The notes beneath the pieces were generated by a model, which worked only from the letters and a program-made list of their open reading frames with translations, was not told the origin of the DNA and made no database searches. DNA of 38,332 nt from a virus, in the UHGV virus genome UHGV-1370146, one strand, 5' to 3'. Shown here piece after piece: positions 35,107 through 38,332 of the stretch. Both the position numbers and the translations under genes were made by a program. The stretch's first letter is position 1. The number at the start of each line of letters is the position of its first letter.

Positions 35107-35940
35107 ATGAGGAGCTGTAAAGTGAAAAAAGTTGTTCGAATATTATCTCTTTTAATTGGTTTTTTTCTAGTATTTATGGGTTTGTTTGGTGGAATTATAG
35201 CTAGTGGTGATTTTATTACTGGGGCTATCGTTACTATCATAGGCATTCTTTTCATGCATTTTGGGCATAAAATGAAAAAACCTACTGAATCCCAATCAAT
35301 AGAGCACATCAATAGTCAATCTCTTACTAATAACAAAAATACAGTTACTGCTGAAACTGAATCTCAAAAAGATGGAATGAACCAACCAGTTCCTGCCTCA
35401 AGTCATATAAAAAAAGAGGAATTTACCTCTAATGCTGAAACCGAAAAAAAGGAACTAACTTTTTTCGAAAAGAAAGTTGCAAATACTGTTTATTATGAAA
35501 CATTTAAAACAGTTGGTTCGACCTTTAGAAAGAAAAGTGATTTGAATAATGCTATTAAGTATATTGCAGAAGATTACTTTGGTGAATTTTATGACGGAAT
35601 GAGCAATAAAGAAATTGCTGAAGATATGGGACGTGTGTACAAATATCAAGATTTTTACACTAATAATGTTTCACTCATACCTGAACCTGAAAACGAATAT
35701 GATAAAAATGCTATCAAAGTATTAGTTAGTGATTTTTGTATTGGTTATATCCCCAAAAATATTAACAAGCAAATTCTCTCTTTTGTTAATGATGATACCT
35801 TAGATCGTGATTTGACAGTCGAAATTATTGGAGGACCTTATAAGGAATTAGATTTCATCGAAGATAAGGTTACTACAACAAATGATAATTACGGATTCGA
35901 ACTAACTACTCGATTTTATAAGAACACAGAAAACAAATAA
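35107..35940 (+). CDS. Membrane-anchored protein with two N-terminal TM helices and a cytoplasmic C-terminal HIRAN-like domain; candidate superinfection-exclusion / lysogenic-conversion gene
   Basis: TM1 ILSLLIGFFLVFMGLFGGII and TM2 ITGAIVTIIGILFMHFG with positive residues on both flanks. The C-terminus ...EPENEYDKNAIKVLVSDFCIGYIPKNINKQILSFVNDD... matches the HIRAN signature. A GTG at 35122 with RBS GAGGAG is an alternative start. Confidence 0.6.
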   Translation: MRSCKVKKVVRILSLLIGFFLVFMGLFGGIIASGDFITGAIVTIIGILFMHFGHKMKKPTESQSIEHINSQSLTNNKNTVTAETESQKDGMNQPVPASSHIKKEEFTSNAETEKKELTFFEKKVANTVYYETFKTVGSTFRKKSDLNNAIKYIAEDYFGEFYDGMSNKEIAEDMGRVYKYQDFYTNNVSLIPEPENEYDKNAIKVLVSDFCIGYIPKNINKQILSFVNDDTLDRDLTVEIIGGPYKELDFIEDKVTTTNDNYGFELTTRFYKNTENK

Positions 35941-36058
35941 AAAATACACGTCGCTCTCCCCTGCAAAGTTTGAACGACGTGATCACATAAATAAAACCTA
36001 CAGCAATAGGCTTACTTAACTGTGCCTATTGTATCAAAGAAAGCGAGTTGGTTCAATT

Positions 36059-37207
36059 ATGGCTGGAGTAAAAGAGTATCGAAAAAAAGACGGTACAATT
36101 AATTATGAGTTTCAAGTGTATGCTGGCATTAATCCGATAACTGGAAAGCAAATCGTAACCAGACGTCGTGGGTTTGCTACAAGTAAGGAAGCAGAATTGG
36201 AATTGGCAAAAATAAATTTAGCTATTGCCGAAGGAACGTTTAAAGTTCAAGAGCCTCCCCGGACTTTTAAAGAGATTGCTGAGATCTGGCTACCCAACTA
36301 TAAGTCAACTGTTGAAGAAGTCACTTATACTGGTACCCTTTCCATTCTAAAGCTACACGTATATCCTGATTTTGGAGATATAAAAGTAGACAAAATTGAT
36401 GTCACCTACTGCCAAAAAATGGTAAATAAATGGGCTGATGAACAACCATCATCTTTCAAAAAATTCCGCAACTATACAAGTAAGGTTTTAGATTATGCTG
36501 TAAATATCGGGTTGATTGATGACAACCCAATGAACAAAGTATTAATCCCCCGCGTTAAGAAAGAAAAGCGAGAGACTCCCTTTTACACTAAAGATGAACT
36601 GAAGCATTTTTTAGAGTTAGCAAAACAATACGATCCAACTAAAATTTATACCTTCTTTCGCCTACTCTCCTATTCTGGCATGCGTAAAGGTGAAGCTTAT
36701 GCGCTGAATTGGGATGATATTGATTTTGAAAAGAATCAAATCGACATTAATAAAAGCTTGGCTCGCGGGGAAAACAAAACAATCTATATTAGCGCTCCGA
36801 AAAATAAAAGTAGTATCCGAAAAATTTCAATGGACAAAGAGACAATGGGTATCTTAAAACGCTGGCAGCTGGAACAAAGGAAACAGCTTTTTGCTTTAGG
36901 ACATCCAATAAAAAAAGAAAAGCAAGAATTATTTTCTACTGACGAAAATGATCTTTATCAACCTACTGTCGATGCCCATTGGAAGAAAGGAATCTACAGA
37001 TTAGACCCGGAATTCAAAAAGATCAATACTCATGGATTTAGACATACTCATGCATCCCTACTATTTGAAGCTGGCGCATCCATTAAAGAGGTCCAAGACC
37101 GTTTGGGACATGCGGATATTGCTACAACGATGAACATTTATGCTCATGTTACTGAAGCAAAAAGAGATGAAACGGCAGATAAATTCTTCCGGTATTTAAA
37201 CGAGTAG
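36059..37207 (+). CDS. int: Tyrosine recombinase / phage integrase
   Basis: C-terminal catalytic motifs ...HGFRHTHASLL... and ...NIYAHV. The N-terminus MAGVKEYRKKDGTINYEF is integrase-like. The track's TTG at 36029 has no RBS. Confidence 0.9.
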   Translation: MAGVKEYRKKDGTINYEFQVYAGINPITGKQIVTRRRGFATSKEAELELAKINLAIAEGTFKVQEPPRTFKEIAEIWLPNYKSTVEEVTYTGTLSILKLHVYPDFGDIKVDKIDVTYCQKMVNKWADEQPSSFKKFRNYTSKVLDYAVNIGLIDDNPMNKVLIPRVKKEKRETPFYTKDELKHFLELAKQYDPTKIYTFFRLLSYSGMRKGEAYALNWDDIDFEKNQIDINKSLARGENKTIYISAPKNKSSIRKISMDKETMGILKRWQLEQRKQLFALGHPIKKEKQELFSTDENDLYQPTVDAHWKKGIYRLDPEFKKINTHGFRHTHASLLFEAGASIKEVQDRLGHADIATTMNIYAHVTEAKRDETADKFFRYLNE

Positions 37208-37381
37208 ACCAATTTTAAATAACGAAATAGAAAGATTATTTGGCTTATATTTTGGCTAGGTTGTTAATATTTTTCTGAAGCATTTAAAGAACCATCACGG
37301 TTAAAAGTTCTAATTTCATAGTATCTACATTCTATGAAGGATTTAAAAAATAACTAATCCTCTACTCTGAATCAGGTAAGT

Positions 37382-37406
37382 GTAGGTTCGAGCCCTACTA
37401 TCCCAA
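37382..37406 (+). other. tRNA 3'-end-like fragment (T-arm GTAGG-TTCGAGC-CCTAC plus 3' acceptor strand); candidate attR core
   Basis: The canonical GTTCGAG T-loop sits in a 5-bp stem. No complementary 5' acceptor strand or anticodon arm was found upstream, so this is not a full tRNA. A terminator follows. Confidence 0.3.
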
Positions 37407-37425
37407 TATATGTAATCATTGATAT

Positions 37426-37459
37426 GACAGTCTTCCCGAGTGGTGGGACTGTCTTTTTT
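37426..37459 (+). terminator. Rho-independent terminator (GACAGTC...GACTGTC followed by TTTTTT)
   Basis: A 7-bp stem extended by two G-U wobble pairs, then T6. Confidence 0.55.
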
Positions 37460-37698
37460 AGGACTAAAAGTTTTAATGGCTAAGAAATTGGCTAAGTTAT
37501 AATTGAATTTTATGTATATAAATAACAAAGAACCATTCATTTCAGAATTAATAATAAAATGTTTTAACTAATAATTATCAAGAAAAAAAGAAGTTAGCTT
37601 ATGTTCAAGCCGAGGCCCATAGCAAGCTCAGCAACAACAAAACAAATCTGAGAACCAGAGACTTGCAGAACAAGATAAAGCTAATGGATACTAAAAAA

Positions 37699-37737
37699 AG
37701 CTCCACTCACCCCGATTAGGAATGAGTGGAGCTTTTA
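37699..37737 (-). terminator. Bidirectional rho-independent terminator after the cell-wall hydrolase gene
   Basis: An 11-bp stem AGCTCCACTCA/TGAGTGGAGCT flanked by A7 and T4. Confidence 0.7.
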
Positions 37738-37738
37738 A

Positions 37739-38332
37739 CTAATAATTCAATTGTTGGCCAGCATAAATTAAGTTGGGATTACTCAACCCATTCTTAGTTG
37801 CTAACGCTTGAAATGACGTTCCCAACTTAGCTGCAATTCCAGATAATGTTTCACCGTAACTAACAGTGTAAGTACGACTAGTAGAAACTACTTCACTAAC
37901 CTTTAGTTGTTGACCAGTATAGATATAATTCGGGTTGCTTAGACCGTTCAACGTGGCTAAATTTTGATAGGTCGTGCTGTACTTAGTCGCGATACCACTA
38001 AGCGTTTCGCCTGATTGAACGACATGAATGCTCACAGAAGGTGCCGGACCTGGATTCGTTGTCTGCAAAATTTCAACATCCTTGCGATTGATCCAGCTCA
38101 TGACTCCACCTAGCAACACTTTCTCACCGCTAACTTGTTGGACAGTATAGCTGTTGCCTTTGATCCATTGCGGGATCGCTTGACCTGTTGACCAATTTTT
38201 TGCAGAGAAATTAACTTTGACGGTGTAACCCGCTTTGATTTCTTTTTTAGGCGTTTCGTTTGCGTTTTGACCCTCATCGATTGCTGGCGTAGAAGTATCA
38301 GGATCGACAGTTACTTTTCCGTCATCATCTTT
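37739..38332 (-). CDS. Host cell-wall hydrolase-type protein, C-terminal part: SH3b-like domain plus two LysM domains (the N-terminus lies beyond the window end)
   Basis: I translated the frame by hand and it is open from 38332 to TAG at 37739. The product is ...AGYTVKVNFSAKNWSTGQAIPQWIKGNSYTVQQVSGEKVLLGGVMSWINRKDVEIL (SH3b-like), followed by two LysM repeats (VVQSGETLSGIATKY...NGLSNPNYIYTGQQL and YTVSYGETLSGIAAKL...NGLSNPNLIYAGQQL). Confidence 0.75.
   Translation of the reverse strand, partial: KDDDGKVTVDPDTSTPAIDEGQNANETPKKEIKAGYTVKVNFSAKNWSTGQAIPQWIKGNSYTVQQVSGEKVLLGGVMSWINRKDVEILQTTNPGPAPSVSIHVVQSGETLSGIATKYSTTYQNLATLNGLSNPNYIYTGQQLKVSEVVSTSRTYTVSYGETLSGIAAKLGTSFQALATKNGLSNPNLIYAGQQLNY

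Larger units (their letters stand above)
1..37406. mobile_element. Temperate siphovirus-type prophage: lysis, tail, head, packaging, early/replication and lysogeny modules with integrase. The left end (attL) lies beyond the window start. The right end is placed at about 37,406, where an integrase gene is followed by a tRNA-3'-end-like fragment and a terminator.
   Basis: The gene order lysin-holin-fibre-Tal-Dit-TMP-GT-MTP-connectors-MCP-scaffold-portal-TerL-TerS-ArpU...replication...cro/cI-ImmA-int is all recognisable from the translations. Host-type cell-wall hydrolase gene lies beyond 37,739. Confidence 0.85.

Noticed and set aside
34328-35312. Minus-strand ORFs 34328..34510 and 34977..35312
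   Set aside because: They are antisense to the repressor/ImmA and HIRAN-protein genes and lack start signals.
35941-36028. Hairpin CACGTCG...CGACGTG between the HIRAN-protein gene and int
   Set aside because: The loop is long (about 21 nt) and there is no T-run, so it is not a convincing intrinsic terminator.
37320-37406. Attempt to fold a complete tRNA around the T-arm at 37382..37398
   Set aside because: No 5' acceptor strand complementary to TATCCCA was found, and no convincing anticodon or D-arm in the preceding 70 nt. Only a 3' fragment is present.
37343-37540. ORF 37343..37540 (-)
   Set aside because: It spans the tRNA-like fragment and a rho-independent terminator. It has no RBS and is almost certainly non-coding.
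37460-37700. AT-rich region with the sequence gttcaagccgaggcccatagcaagctcagc..., examined as a possible small RNA or leader peptide
   Set aside because: No convincing conserved structure or RBS-driven ORF was seen. It lies between two terminators, and I cannot support a feature call from the sequence alone.

Overview
The window holds an almost complete temperate siphovirus-type prophage of about 37.4 kb, apparently Firmicutes/Lactobacillaceae-like and AT-rich, lying inverted on the + strand, followed by host DNA. A prophage boundary at about 37,406 is suggested by an integrase gene followed by a tRNA-3'-end-like fragment and a terminator, though the att core could not be confirmed without the left end; beyond it lies a partial host cell-wall hydrolase gene carrying an SH3b-like domain and two LysM domains. 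Gene order from right to left runs through the following modules:
- lysogeny module: tyrosine integrase (+), a membrane-anchored HIRAN-domain protein (+), ImmA-like HEXXH metalloprotease (+), XRE/CI-like repressor (+), a switch region with face-to-face consensus promoters and TATACA repeats, and a Cro-like gene (-);
- early/replication module: SbcC/Rad50-like zinc-hook ATPase, RecT-like protein, MBL-fold protein, DnaD-like initiator with internal iteron-like repeats, DnaC-like loader, VRR-NUC-like nuclease and many small ORFs;
- an accessory hotspot just upstream of terS: an opposite-strand Abi-alpha-like gene, an ArpU-family late regulator, and an autonomous cassette encoding a 287-aa protein with an N-terminal nucleoside-2-deoxyribosyltransferase/TIR-like Rossmannoid domain and an unknown C-terminal domain, which has its own RBS and is flanked by terminators;
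- packaging, head and tail genes: terminase small and large subunits, SPP1-like portal, gp7-like head protein, scaffold and major capsid, both carrying ribosomal-L27-like N-terminal Prp cleavage motifs (no phage prohead protease gene is present), head-tail joining proteins, major tail protein with Ig-like domain, G/G-T chaperone with a clean TTTTTTA -1 frameshift site, a 1040-aa tape measure, Dit, a Tal with Gly-rich and HxH repeat regions, a GDPD-domain tail fibre, holin, and a Sec-signal GH25 endolysin truncated by the window start.
The most interesting candidates for new biology are the NDT/TIR-like cassette, the membrane-tethered HIRAN protein in the Sie position, and the opposite-strand Abi-like gene with a convergent small membrane ORF.
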